A stretch of 64,000 nt of DNA, taken from the NCBI GenBank assembly GCA_003246755.1, contig QKDC01000094.1, positions 11,139-75,138 on the forward strand. Reading direction: 5' to 3'. Made by a program: the position numbers and the translations under genes. The DNA is from Gemmatimonadota bacterium. GTDB taxonomy: Bacteria; Gemmatimonadota; Gemmatimonadetes; Gemmatimonadales; GWC2-71-9. The notes under the pieces were generated by a model. It made no database searches and was not told the DNA's origin. It was given only the letters and a program-made list of their open reading frames with translations. Positions 45,321-54,336 of this stretch are shown in pieces. Numbering within the stretch: position 1 is the stretch's first letter; every line of letters starts with the position of its first letter.

Positions 45321-46819
45321 GGCGTCCCCGACCCTGCCGGGGTCAGCATGGCCCTGCCTACCTGATCACGATCGGCGGTTGCGGGCAACTCACGGACTTC
45401 CCCTGAAGCGAGAACCAGAAGACGATCCGCCCCCCATGAAAGGACTTCGTCGAGGTCAGAAGAGTAGAACAACACCGCGGTCCCTCTCGCGACCGCCTCC
45501 CGGAGGTGCTGGCGTATTTCCATGGCTGCTTGAATGTCCAACCCCCGGGTGGGGTTCTCGGCGATCAGGACGGCGGGGTGCTGTTCCAGTGCCCGCCCAA
45601 GAATCAGCTTCTGTTGGTTCCCGCCACTTAGAGCCCCTGCCCTGAGCCATACCCCGGGTGCGTGGACATTGAACTGCTTCACCAACTCCTGGGTTCGCTC
45701 CTCCGCTTGCGCCCAATCGATCCAGCCACGAGCCCGAATCGATTGGTCTCCCGTGCCCACCACGCCACCGGCCAGGAGGCCGAGCACGACATTCTCCGTC
45801 AGGCTGAACTCGCCAATCAGACCCTCCGTGGTCCTATCCGCAGGCACCAGGACAACTGGGGTAGCGATCTCAGCGGTTCCTTCACGTGCTGGAAGAAGAC
45901 CTGCCATCATCAGCATGAGTTCACGTTGTCCATTGCCGTCAATGGCGGCGATGGCGACACATTCACCTGCCCGCATCTCCAGGGTTGCCCTCACCAGCCC
46001 TGGACCACGGCCATCGAGGGCGGGGACGCTCACGTTGGAGAGTCGCACGACCGGGCCGTGAGTACTGGGTTCGGTCGGGGCAACACCGGAGAGGGGATGG
46101 AGAGGTTCGTCTTCGGGCAGGGTACCACCGAACATCGCCTCCGCCAGGGTCTCCATGGTGTGGTCAGCCAACGGACCCCAAGTCGTCACTCTCCCATGGC
46201 GCAGGACCGTGACGGTATCTGCGCATGCAAAGACCTCCGCCAGTTTGTGAGTGATGAGGACGACCGACCCGCCTGATGCGGCAAACCCGCGGAGCAGCGT
46301 AAGGAGTTCTGCCGTTTCGGCCGGAGCCAGTACGGATGTGGGCTCGTCCAGAAGGAGGATCCGGGCGCCCGAAGCCAGCGCCTTCACGATTTCGAGTCGC
46401 TGGCGCAGCCCTACCGAGAGATCCTCCACCCTCACCCTGGGATCGAGACCCAGCCTGAGTTGTTGTGTGAGTTGGTCGTCAGCCCCATGGTCGGGAGTCC
46501 GGCGACCGGCTGCAAGAGCGATGTTCTCTTCTACCGTGAGCGCTGGAACCGACGTGAAGTGCTGGTGGACCATCCCTATTCCAGCAGCTCTGGCGTCGCG
46601 GGGAGACCGGATCTCGATCGTCTGGCCCCGCGACAGGATCTGGCCTGCATCCGGCCGGATCATCCCGTAGGCCACCTCCATCAGGGTGGTCTTTCCTGCC
46701 CCGTTCTCGCCAAGCAGCGCATGTACCTCACCTGGGCGGAGGAGGAAGTTCGCTCCGCGAAGTGCTTGGACGGCCCCGAAGCTCTTCTCGATGCCGCGCA
46801 AGTCGAGTACCGCCGTCAC
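45317..46819 (-). CDS. ABC transporter ATP-binding protein with duplicated ATPase domains
   Basis: Walker A GENGAGKTT. Signature LSVGLRQRLEI / LSGGNQQKLIL. Walker B ILLLDEPT / VLIAENPT. Confidence 0.9.
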   Translation of the reverse strand: MTAVLDLRGIEKSFGAVQALRGANFLLRPGEVHALLGENGAGKTTLMEVAYGMIRPDAGQILSRGQTIEIRSPRDARAAGIGMVHQHFTSVPALTVEENIALAAGRRTPDHGADDQLTQQLRLGLDPRVRVEDLSVGLRQRLEIVKALASGARILLLDEPTSVLAPAETAELLTLLRGFAASGGSVVLITHKLAEVFACADTVTVLRHGRVTTWGPLADHTMETLAEAMFGGTLPEDEPLHPLSGVAPTEPSTHGPVVRLSNVSVPALDGRGPGLVRATLEMRAGECVAIAAIDGNGQRELMLMMAGLLPAREGTAEIATPVVLVPADRTTEGLIGEFSLTENVVLGLLAGGVVGTGDQSIRARGWIDWAQAEERTQELVKQFNVHAPGVWLRAGALSGGNQQKLILGRALEQHPAVLIAENPTRGLDIQAAMEIRQHLREAVARGTAVLFYSSDLDEVLSWGADRLLVLASGEVRELPATADRDQVGRAMLTPAGSGTP

Positions 46820-46823
46820 CGAG

Positions 46824-47609
46824 TTACATCCCAGTTGGGTGGTCGTGGAACTCCCAGGGGAGATCGAACTGAGTCGCCAGGTGTTCGGCGAGAGCCCGAA
46901 CCCCGAGGTGCTCCGTGGCGTAGTGCCCTGCGTAAATGACGTTCACTCCATACTCGATGGCGTCGAAGTACGTGTGGTGGCTTCCTTCTCCGGTCAGGAA
47001 AGTGTCGCAACCCGCTTCGCTGGCGGCGAGGATCAGGTTGCCCGCGGCCCCAGTCACGATTGCAACCCGGTTGGTCTCATCAGGACCACCAGGGACCAGG
47101 ACCGAACTCCCTCCGAGAACTTCATCGACTTTTCGAACCAGCGCATCGCGGTGACTGGCGAGATACCCTGACACTCCGATCGCGACCCCTTTGTAGTCTC
47201 CAAAGGGCTCGATACCCTCGAGACCGAGTTTTCGTCCCAGGACGGCGTTGTTGCCCACCTCCGGGTGGACGTCAAGGGGAATGTGGGCCGCATACAGGGC
47301 GATATCGTGCGCCAGGAGAGCCTTGAGCCTGCGATACCTCCGCTCGGTGACCGGGAGGTTGCCATCCCAGAACAATCCGTGGTGCACCAGGAGTAGAGGA
47401 GAGGCTTGGTTGTCCGCGGGCGACGCCAGTCGGCCAGCCACCACACGATCTATCGTCGCTTGGGTGGCATCGACTGCGGCGACGATCGACCCCACTGCGC
47501 CAACGCACTCAACTTGGAGACCGTTCAACGCATTCGGCGCATCCGGCACCTCGTCGACACGCAAGTATTCGTCGAGGAATCGTCGAATGTCTTTGAGGGG
47601 CGCTGTCAC
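46824..47609 (-). CDS. NIF3-like dinuclear-metal-centre protein (GTP cyclohydrolase 1 type 2 homologue family)
   Basis: LLLVHHGLFW, AAHIPLDVHPEVGNN and AGHYATE motifs. GTG 47609 is preferred over ATG 47657 because it avoids a 44-nt overlap with the upstream gene. Confidence 0.8.
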   Translation of the reverse strand: MTAPLKDIRRFLDEYLRVDEVPDAPNALNGLQVECVGAVGSIVAAVDATQATIDRVVAGRLASPADNQASPLLLVHHGLFWDGNLPVTERRYRRLKALLAHDIALYAAHIPLDVHPEVGNNAVLGRKLGLEGIEPFGDYKGVAIGVSGYLASHRDALVRKVDEVLGGSSVLVPGGPDETNRVAIVTGAAGNLILAASEAGCDTFLTGEGSHHTYFDAIEYGVNVIYAGHYATEHLGVRALAEHLATQFDLPWEFHDHPTGM

Positions 47610-47613
47610 GAGA

Positions 47614-48642
47614 TCATCGCTTGCCGGGGATGACCCGGCCCGTTTCCCGGTCGGCAACCTGGAGGGCGCCGGAGATGATTGCCGTCTCGGCTTCCTGCAC
47701 GAGCGCCATCACATCGGCCGGCACCCGCGAAGCGAGCGCGGGGTTGGCAACGTACTTGATCACCCCGCTCTCGAGACCGAAGGATTCGACCCGTGGGATA
47801 AAGCGCCCCTCGAGAACTTCCTGAGACACCGCGAGGAAGGCCCCCGGGAGATCGATTACCGCCGATCCCAGCACCTGCTCCGGGGCCACGTCTGATTGGT
47901 CGGCGTTGGAGCCAAAGACGTACACTCCTCGGTGTTCCTTGGCCGCTTGAAACACCCCGAGCCCCGCCGCGTCGGCGTTGTGGTGGAGCATGTCAACGCC
48001 CAATCGAATCATGGCCAGCGCCGCCTCACGACCGGCCACAGCATCGTCGAAGTTGTTGAGGTATGTCCCGCGGGACTCCACCTGCGGGTTGACCGACTTG
48101 GCCCCTTGCGACCAGGCCTCATAGGCCATCCGTACAGGCGGCAGTTCGATTCCCCCGACATACCCGATCTTGTTGGTTTTGGTCAGCGAGCCCGCGACAA
48201 TGCCCGCGAGATAGGTCGCTTCCGACAGCCTGAAGATGAGCGGGACGACGTTGCCGGTGACCCGTTGCCCCGAGGTGATCACAATGATCGTCTCCGGGTA
48301 GTCGGCCGCCACGCGCTCGGCCGCGTCCTGAAATTCGAAGCCGTGCGCAAAGACCAGTGCGTAGCCCTGGGCAGCGTAGGTGCGAAGTGCTTCCTCCTGG
48401 TCGGAGGGGGTACGCGCCTCGACTTGGCTCACCTGAGCGCGGAGTGAGTCCCTGATGAGGAGGAGCCCTTGATAGGCCCCGGCGTTCCAGGACGCATCGG
48501 CGATCGACCCAGGGGTGACGAGAGCGACTCGAAACGATCCGTCCGGTCCACCCGGTGATGCACCGCAGCCGAGAAAGACGAGCAGCGCACCCACCCCGAG
48601 GCCACGACACAGCCGACCCGGCCACTCACGTCGCGGTGCCAC
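47614..48642 (-). CDS. BMP family (Med/PnrA-like) ABC substrate-binding lipoprotein
   Basis: Lipobox ALLVFLGCG. FRVALVTPGSIADASWNAGAYQGL and GYVGGIELPPV are typical of the basic membrane protein family. A GTG 48642 start sits 1 nt after the bactofilin stop; the alternative ATG 48702 would overlap by 59 nt. Confidence 0.8.
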   Translation of the reverse strand: MAPRREWPGRLCRGLGVGALLVFLGCGASPGGPDGSFRVALVTPGSIADASWNAGAYQGLLLIRDSLRAQVSQVEARTPSDQEEALRTYAAQGYALVFAHGFEFQDAAERVAADYPETIIVITSGQRVTGNVVPLIFRLSEATYLAGIVAGSLTKTNKIGYVGGIELPPVRMAYEAWSQGAKSVNPQVESRGTYLNNFDDAVAGREAALAMIRLGVDMLHHNADAAGLGVFQAAKEHRGVYVFGSNADQSDVAPEQVLGSAVIDLPGAFLAVSQEVLEGRFIPRVESFGLESGVIKYVANPALASRVPADVMALVQEAETAIISGALQVADRETGRVIPGKR

Positions 48643-48643
48643 G

Positions 48644-49069
48644 TCAGACCGTCGTCTCGACGTCGGCCAGGTGGAGTGAGCCTTCACCGGCGGGTGCGAC
48701 ATCGAGCGGGGTCATCATGATCTCCCCGTTGAGTTGGCCCCCCTCATGGATGAGGAGCCTGCTCGTCACGATGTTCCCCTTGACGATCGCGGTCTCCAAC
48801 AACTCCACGCGATCCCCGCCCTCGATTGCGCCTTCGACGACCCCGCCGATGACTGCTTCGCGCGCAACGATGTTCCCTTCCACCACTGCGCCAGGTGCGA
48901 CGAAGACCTGATCTCCCGCCGACACGTTACCCTGAACACGCCCTTCGATCTTGATGACGCTCCTCGCCTCGAGGTGACCGAGGACTTCGAGGTCTGACGC
49001 GATGATCGAGAGGCTCGCCGTTTCCGCCCGCTTGCGGGACGGCGGGGAGGTGTTGGAGAAGATGGCCAT
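48644..49069 (-). CDS. bactofilin (DUF583 polymer-forming cytoskeletal protein)
   Basis: Repetitive beta-helix pattern IEGRVQGNVSAGDQVFVAPGAVVEGNIVAREAVIGGVVEGAIEGGDRVELLETAIVKGNIVTSRLLIHEGGQLNGEI. Confidence 0.85.
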   Translation of the reverse strand: MAIFSNTSPPSRKRAETASLSIIASDLEVLGHLEARSVIKIEGRVQGNVSAGDQVFVAPGAVVEGNIVAREAVIGGVVEGAIEGGDRVELLETAIVKGNIVTSRLLIHEGGQLNGEIMMTPLDVAPAGEGSLHLADVETTV

Positions 49070-49867
49070 TCAGGGTTCCTCCCTTACGAGGCCCGCAGGA
49101 TCTACGGGGCGTCCGAGTAACCGGATTTCAAAATGCAGATGCGGTGCGGTCGAGCGACCCGTGTTGCCTGAGAGTCCGACCACCTCACCTTCCCGCACGG
49201 CCTCCCCCCGTCTTGCGATCCGCCGAGACAGATGACCGTACATGGATTCGTATCCATCAGGGTGCCGCAGTAACACATACAGACCGTAGTCCTGGTTGGC
49301 ACCGACCTCCAAAACGGTCCCTCCACCCGATGCCCTCACCAGACTCCCCTCGCGGACCGCGATGTCGATACCCTGATGTGCCTCGTAGTTACCCGCTGAG
49401 GAGTCACTGGCCCCGCGGGTTACATAACCCGGCTCGTCGAGTGGCCACCGGGAGGGGGGGGTGGCCCCTGGTGGAGTGCTGGGCACGGAGAGTCGGCTGA
49501 CAAGCACAGGTGCTGCCACGAGAGGTTGCGGCCCAAGTGCTGGCTGAGGAACAATATCCGCACCAATCATCTGCCTCAATCGCTGGTATCCGGCCTCTAC
49601 GCTATCGAGGGCCTCGGCCAACTCCCCCACTTGGGCGTTGGCTGTCTCGAGACGGGCGACCTCGCGAGTGAGTCCGGGCACCTGCGATGCCGCCCTGAGG
49701 ATCGGTGCGTAGTACGCGATGGCCAATAGCATCACGAGAACCAGCGATGCCCCGAGACCCGCACATGCTTGAAGTACCCAAACCGGCACCCTGTACGTCC
49801 GGGAGTCGAGTTGGTCTTCGCGGAAAACGACGAACAGCATGTGTCGCGTGGGCCGCTTGATCTTCAT
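49070..49867 (-). CDS. bitopic M23 (LytM-domain) peptidase with coiled-coil linker
   Basis: Short cytoplasmic tail, TM helix LQACAGLGASLVLVMLLAIAYY, a coiled-coil region, then HQGIDIA ... GNTGRSTAPHLHFEI. The stop is immediately followed by the bactofilin ATG (TGAATG). Confidence 0.85.
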   Translation of the reverse strand: MKIKRPTRHMLFVVFREDQLDSRTYRVPVWVLQACAGLGASLVLVMLLAIAYYAPILRAASQVPGLTREVARLETANAQVGELAEALDSVEAGYQRLRQMIGADIVPQPALGPQPLVAAPVLVSRLSVPSTPPGATPPSRWPLDEPGYVTRGASDSSAGNYEAHQGIDIAVREGSLVRASGGGTVLEVGANQDYGLYVLLRHPDGYESMYGHLSRRIARRGEAVREGEVVGLSGNTGRSTAPHLHFEIRLLGRPVDPAGLVREEP

Positions 49868-50760
49868 CCGTCGAAGGGGCGGTCGAGTATCAGTTCGAGG
49901 AGACGGGCCAGATCGTCGCTGGAGTAGTAGTGGATGGTAACGGCCCCTCGTCCTCTCCGTTTCGCGGTGACCCGCACGTCTGTGCCAAGATATTTCCGGA
50001 GCGCATCCTCCACGCGGCGCTGCTCTGCGTTGGCCGGTGACCGGGGTGAGGCAGAACGCTTGCCAAGCTTTGGACGCACCTGGCGTGCAGCCGACCCCTC
50101 TCCCTTGACCAGGGCCTCGGTTTCCCGAACTGACCAGCCATGTTCGACAACCTCTCCGGCGACTCGGATCACCTCATCCGGGTTGGCCAGTCCCAGGAGG
50201 GCGCGGGCATGACCTCCGGAAAGCTCTTTGCGTTGCACCATCGCCTGGACGTCCGTTGGAAGCGTCAGGAGCCGCAGGGTGTTCGCGACGGTCGATCGAT
50301 TGCGCCCGACGAGCCGGGCTACTTCGACCTGAGGCAGTTGGAACTCCCCGATGAGGCGCTGGTATCCCAAGGCCTCATCGATGGGAGAGAGATCGTCTCG
50401 CTGCAGGTTCTCAATGAGCGCCAGAGTGAGCAGGGAGCGATCATCCACCTCCCGCACCACGGCCGCGACGGTGCCCCACCCCAGTTGTTGCACCGCGCGC
50501 CACCGACGTTCACCGGCCACCAACTCGAACCCACCCCGATTCGGGCGTACCACGACGGGTTGGAGAAGACCGGAGGCCTCGATGGAAGCGGCCAACTCAT
50601 CCAACGCCGTCTGATCGAAATCGCGACGGGGTTGGAAGGGGTTCGGCTGAATCGAGGTCACGGGGAGCTCACGCAGGGAACCCGATTTCTCTGCAGCGTC
50701 ACGCGAGATCGGCCCCAGTAATGCTTCGAGTCCGCGCCCCAATCGTTTGGTTTCCGTCAT
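49864..50760 (-). CDS. parB: chromosome partitioning protein ParB
   Basis: LGRGLEALL, IQPNPFQPRRDF, LLQPVVVRP and GERRWRA (arginine patch), followed by an HTH region. Confidence 0.92.
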   Translation of the reverse strand: MTETKRLGRGLEALLGPISRDAAEKSGSLRELPVTSIQPNPFQPRRDFDQTALDELAASIEASGLLQPVVVRPNRGGFELVAGERRWRAVQQLGWGTVAAVVREVDDRSLLTLALIENLQRDDLSPIDEALGYQRLIGEFQLPQVEVARLVGRNRSTVANTLRLLTLPTDVQAMVQRKELSGGHARALLGLANPDEVIRVAGEVVEHGWSVRETEALVKGEGSAARQVRPKLGKRSASPRSPANAEQRRVEDALRKYLGTDVRVTAKRRGRGAVTIHYYSSDDLARLLELILDRPFDG

Positions 50761-51563
50761 GCCCTGGCCTCCTCCGCGGCGCTCACCGCGTCCGCGATGC
50801 GACGCCGTTCGAGTAACTCCTGCGCCGCACTGAGATAGCCTTTGGCTCCAGCCGACTGCACATCGTACATCAAGACCGGTTTCCCAAAACTCGGGGCTTC
50901 CGCCAACCGGACATTTCTTGGGATCACCGTATTCAGCACCTTCGCCCCGAAGTACTCGCGAGCGTCATCGGCAACCTGACGGCACAGATTCAGTCTCGAG
51001 TCGTACATGGTCAACAGGACGCCATCAATGGCGAGTGTCGGGTTGAAATTCTGTTGGACCAACCGCACGGTATTGAGGAGTTGAGAAATACCCTCCAGCG
51101 CGTAGTACTCGCACTGGATGGGAATCAAGACGGCATCGGAAGCGGCGAGTACGTTTAGGGTGATCAACCCGAGCGAGGGTGGACAATCAATGAGGATGTA
51201 CTCGTACTCGTCGCGGATGGGACCCAGGACCTCCCGCAGGACACCTTCCCTGGCTGGGCGACCGACGAGTTCAATCTCCGCGCCCACCAGGTCCTGGTTG
51301 GCGCCGATGACATGCAAGTATGGGAGTTCTGGGTCTGCCTGGATAGCCTCGGCGATCGGCCGACCGTCCAGCATCAGGTCATAGAGCGTGGGCTGGTTCC
51401 CGTCACGCGATGCCCCGACCCCACTGGTGGCATTCCCCTGTGGGTCAGCGTCCACCAGCAGGGTGCGCTGCTCCGCTACCGCCAGGGACGCCGCGAGGTT
51501 CACCGCGGTGGTCGTCTTGCCGACGCCACCCTTCTGATTGGCGATAGCTATTACTCGACCCAT
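50757..51563 (-). CDS. parA: chromosome partitioning ATPase ParA/Soj
   Basis: Deviant Walker A IANQKGGVGKTTTAVNLA. YILIDCPPSLG. 4-nt overlap with parB. Confidence 0.93.
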   Translation of the reverse strand: MGRVIAIANQKGGVGKTTTAVNLAASLAVAEQRTLLVDADPQGNATSGVGASRDGNQPTLYDLMLDGRPIAEAIQADPELPYLHVIGANQDLVGAEIELVGRPAREGVLREVLGPIRDEYEYILIDCPPSLGLITLNVLAASDAVLIPIQCEYYALEGISQLLNTVRLVQQNFNPTLAIDGVLLTMYDSRLNLCRQVADDAREYFGAKVLNTVIPRNVRLAEAPSFGKPVLMYDVQSAGAKGYLSAAQELLERRRIADAVSAAEEARA

Positions 51564-51614
51564 AAGTTGTTGCCAGATAAAGAGTTACGGCCATATATTG
51601 AAGACAATACGAAT

Positions 51615-51629
51615 CCCCGCGTCGCGGGG
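51615..51629 (-). terminator. weak candidate intrinsic terminator downstream of mnmG
   Basis: GC hairpin CCCCGC-GAC-GCGGGG on the minus strand, followed by the moderately T-rich ATTCGTATTGTCTTC. The stem is short (6 bp) with a triloop. Confidence 0.25.
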
Positions 51630-51672
51630 GAGAGGCAAGTATACTCTCATTGTTGGTGCACCGCTACGTGCG

Positions 51673-51688
51673 TGTTTCACGTGAAACA
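51673..51688. promoter_or_regulatory. parS: parS centromere site (perfect palindrome TGTTTCACGTGAAACA)
   Basis: Exact match to the conserved chromosomal parS consensus tGTTtCACGTGAAACa. It sits inside a 20-bp perfect palindrome (51671-51690) in the mnmG-parA intergenic region. Confidence 0.85.
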
Positions 51689-51721
51689 CGTCGAAGACAT
51701 GCTCTTTGCTCAGGAGGATCC

Positions 51722-53590
51722 TCAGGGGACTGGCGCAGACCTTCTTCGGCGCAGGACCTCGACGACGAGGTTCTGTAAGTCGCTTGGTGTGACGCCAGGT
51801 ACCCGTCCCGCCTGCCCCAGCGTGGAGGGCCGAACCTGGGACAACTTCTCCCTGGCTTCATACGCGATGGTGATGGCAGATGGGTAGTCAAAGTCGATTG
51901 GGAGTTCAAAGGTATCCATGGACGCCGTCTTGGAGGCAAGCTCGCGCTCCCTCGCGACGTACCCCTCGTACTTGAGTTCGACCTCCCCCCAATTCGAATG
52001 CGCCAGGTCCACAACCTGACCCGCTGCCAGCAACACCTCATGTAGCACGACCCTGGGGCGACGAACGAGGTCGGCCACCCGAATCGCTTGTGTGATCGGC
52101 GGTGTGCCAGCAGTGCGCAACAGATCGTTGACCTGGGACGGAGATACCATCTGCTCTCGTGCGAGACCGAGGATCTTGTCCTCCTCCTCGAGGAACTCCT
52201 CTGCGGTGCGGCACTCTGAGTCCGTCAGGGTGCCAAGGGAGGATACCAGTGGCAAGAGTCGGCGTAGTGCGTTGTCCTGTCGCAACAAAAGCCTGAACTC
52301 TGCCCTGGAAGTGAATAGCCTGTAGGGCTCGTCCACCCCCCGGGTAACGAGGTCGTCGATCAGGACACCAATGAACGCCTCGTCCCGCCCAATCGTCATC
52401 GGTTCCCTGTTCAGTGCGACGGCGGCCGCATTGACTCCCGCGACCACGCCTTGTCCTGCGGCCTCTTCATAACCGGTGGTCCCGTTGATTTGACCGGCGA
52501 AGAATAGGCCATCAACACCTTTAACACCAAGTGTCGCATTGAGTTGCGTTGGAGGGAAATAGTCGTACTCGATGGCGTACCCCGGCCGCGTCATCTCCAC
52601 ACGCTCGAGGCCGGGAATCGATCTCAGATACGCGCGTTGTACCTCGGGAGGGAGCGAGGTAGACAGACCGTTGACGTACATCTCATTGGTCTCGAGCCCC
52701 TCAGGCTCGAGAAAGACCTGATGCCTCTCGGCGTCAGGAAACCTGACCACCTTGTCCTCGATCGACGGGCAATACCTCGGCCCCCGACCACTGATTGCCC
52801 CACCGTACAGCGCCGACAGCTCGATGTGAGCGGTGATGATGTCGTTCAACTCCGGCCCGGTGTGCGTCAGATAGCAAGGCAACTGTGGGGGGTGCGCTGG
52901 GCGCTCAAAGTGAGAGAACCAATACGACCCAGCATCACCATCCTGGCGCTCGAGTCCGGCAAGGTCAACCGAACGACCATCAATTCTCGGCGGAGTACCG
53001 GTTTTGAATCGTTCAACCGTAAGTCCAATGTTCTCAAGGTGTTGAGCCATTTCTACCGCGGGAGATTCGCCTGCTCGTCCCGCAGGAATCGGTGCATCGA
53101 GTCCCATGTGGATCCGGCCGCGAAGGAAGGTTCCCGCGGTCACCACGACAGCCCGAGCCGAGAAGCGCCTTCCGTCGCTCGTGACCACTCCGGCAACCCT
53201 CTGGCCCTCCATGAGGAGCGACGAAACGGTCCCTTGAACAAACCGGATTCGTGGTAGTCGTTCGAGCAACGACCTAACCGAACGTCGGTAAAGACCACGG
53301 TCGCACTGGGCTCTTGGTGACCAGACGGCAGGGCCCTTCGACCGATTGAGCATCCGGAACTGAATCCGTGCGAGATCGGTGGCGCGACCCATGATTCCGC
53401 CGAAGGCGTCGACTTCACGTACGACGGTGCCTTTGGCGATCCCGCCAATGGCCGGATTACACGACATCTGACCGATGGTTTCGAGATGCTGGGTGAGAAG
53501 GAGCGTGGCCGCCCCTGAGCGAGCGGAAAGCGCGGCCGCTTCGGCGCCGGCGTGGCCGCCGCCGATGACGATGACATCAAATCTGTCCAT
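51722..53590 (-). CDS. mnmG: tRNA uridine 5-carboxymethylaminomethyl modification enzyme MnmG (GidA)
   Basis: FDVIVIGGGHAGAEAA FAD motif, GQMSCNPAIGGIAKG and GPRYCPSIEDK. 622 aa. Confidence 0.95.
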   Translation of the reverse strand: MDRFDVIVIGGGHAGAEAAALSARSGAATLLLTQHLETIGQMSCNPAIGGIAKGTVVREVDAFGGIMGRATDLARIQFRMLNRSKGPAVWSPRAQCDRGLYRRSVRSLLERLPRIRFVQGTVSSLLMEGQRVAGVVTSDGRRFSARAVVVTAGTFLRGRIHMGLDAPIPAGRAGESPAVEMAQHLENIGLTVERFKTGTPPRIDGRSVDLAGLERQDGDAGSYWFSHFERPAHPPQLPCYLTHTGPELNDIITAHIELSALYGGAISGRGPRYCPSIEDKVVRFPDAERHQVFLEPEGLETNEMYVNGLSTSLPPEVQRAYLRSIPGLERVEMTRPGYAIEYDYFPPTQLNATLGVKGVDGLFFAGQINGTTGYEEAAGQGVVAGVNAAAVALNREPMTIGRDEAFIGVLIDDLVTRGVDEPYRLFTSRAEFRLLLRQDNALRRLLPLVSSLGTLTDSECRTAEEFLEEEDKILGLAREQMVSPSQVNDLLRTAGTPPITQAIRVADLVRRPRVVLHEVLLAAGQVVDLAHSNWGEVELKYEGYVARERELASKTASMDTFELPIDFDYPSAITIAYEAREKLSQVRPSTLGQAGRVPGVTPSDLQNLVVEVLRRRRSAPVP

Positions 53591-53665
53591 GGGTGAAATA
53601 TGTCCCCGGATCCCCCCCGTGACACCCCACGCCGTCCGGGGAGGACGCTTGCCCAGCCTACCGGA

Positions 53666-54307
53666 CTAGGGAGACTCTGGGTCCTCCCTCGAAGTGCCGG
53701 CGGTGTCTTCCTCGATCCCTGCCACGGTGAACATCGCTCGACCTCGCGAATCAATCCCGATCCCCGACCTGGCATTCCCACCTGGATCGGCGAAGATCAA
53801 CGTGGAGGCCCCATTGGGGCTCAACGTGAGGACGGTCCGGGTGAGACCGCGACCATCCGCAAACACCAGACTCGCCGTTTCGTCCGGAAGGAGCGCCACA
53901 ACCATCCGCGGTGTCCCCGCGCTATCGGACAGCGTGAGACCCGCGGTGCCATCCTCCAACAGGTTCAGTTTCACACTTCGCGAGGTTGCATCGTCTTGCA
54001 GGGTCAATCGAGCTGCGCCGAGATCGTCAAACCCCCATGCGCCACGCACTCGCCCATTCCCGTCCCGGAGCAGGAATTCCTTGGCCTCGACCACATCGGG
54101 AATGAACCCCGGCATCCCATGCCTGGCAGCCGTAACGACCAGCGCTGTGGCGAGACCAAGCAGCACCGCCGTCACAACCAACGAGCCGATTCCCAACCGC
54201 CGAAGTCTCCGGTTGTCTCGCTCGAGGTACTCCACGCGTGCGCTGAGGTCGATCGGCGGCTGGAGCGGGGTGGAGATCGAAGGCGGCGCCTGGTCGGAAG
54301 ACGGCAT
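53666..54307 (-). CDS. bitopic membrane protein with periplasmic degenerate beta-strand repeats, function unknown
   Basis: Cytoplasmic VEYLERDNRRLRRL, TM helix GIGSLVVTAVLLGLATALVVTAA, then about 20-aa repeat-like units (ARLTLQDDATSRSVKLNLLEDGTAGLTLSDSAGTPRMVVALLPDETASLVFADGRGLTRTVLTLSPNGASTLIFADPGGNARSGIGID). Confidence 0.55.
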   Translation of the reverse strand: MPSSDQAPPSISTPLQPPIDLSARVEYLERDNRRLRRLGIGSLVVTAVLLGLATALVVTAARHGMPGFIPDVVEAKEFLLRDGNGRVRGAWGFDDLGAARLTLQDDATSRSVKLNLLEDGTAGLTLSDSAGTPRMVVALLPDETASLVFADGRGLTRTVLTLSPNGASTLIFADPGGNARSGIGIDSRGRAMFTVAGIEEDTAGTSREDPESP

Positions 54308-54336
54308 ACGCGCTCCTTATGCGTGCCCAGTCGGCA

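Noticed and set aside
51564-51721. Possibility that the AT-rich mnmG-parA spacer is oriC
   Set aside because: I could not find DnaA-box-like 9-mers (TTATCCACA / TGTGGATAA or close variants) in the 158-bp spacer. It is too short for a typical origin, and no dnaA or dnaN is in the window. It is better explained as parS plus the parA promoter and the mnmG terminator.
51664-52041. 125-aa minus-strand ORF overlapping the 3' end of mnmG and the parS site
   Set aside because: It lies out of frame within mnmG, has a Arg/Ser/Pro-rich translation, and would place parS inside a CDS. It is an artefact.
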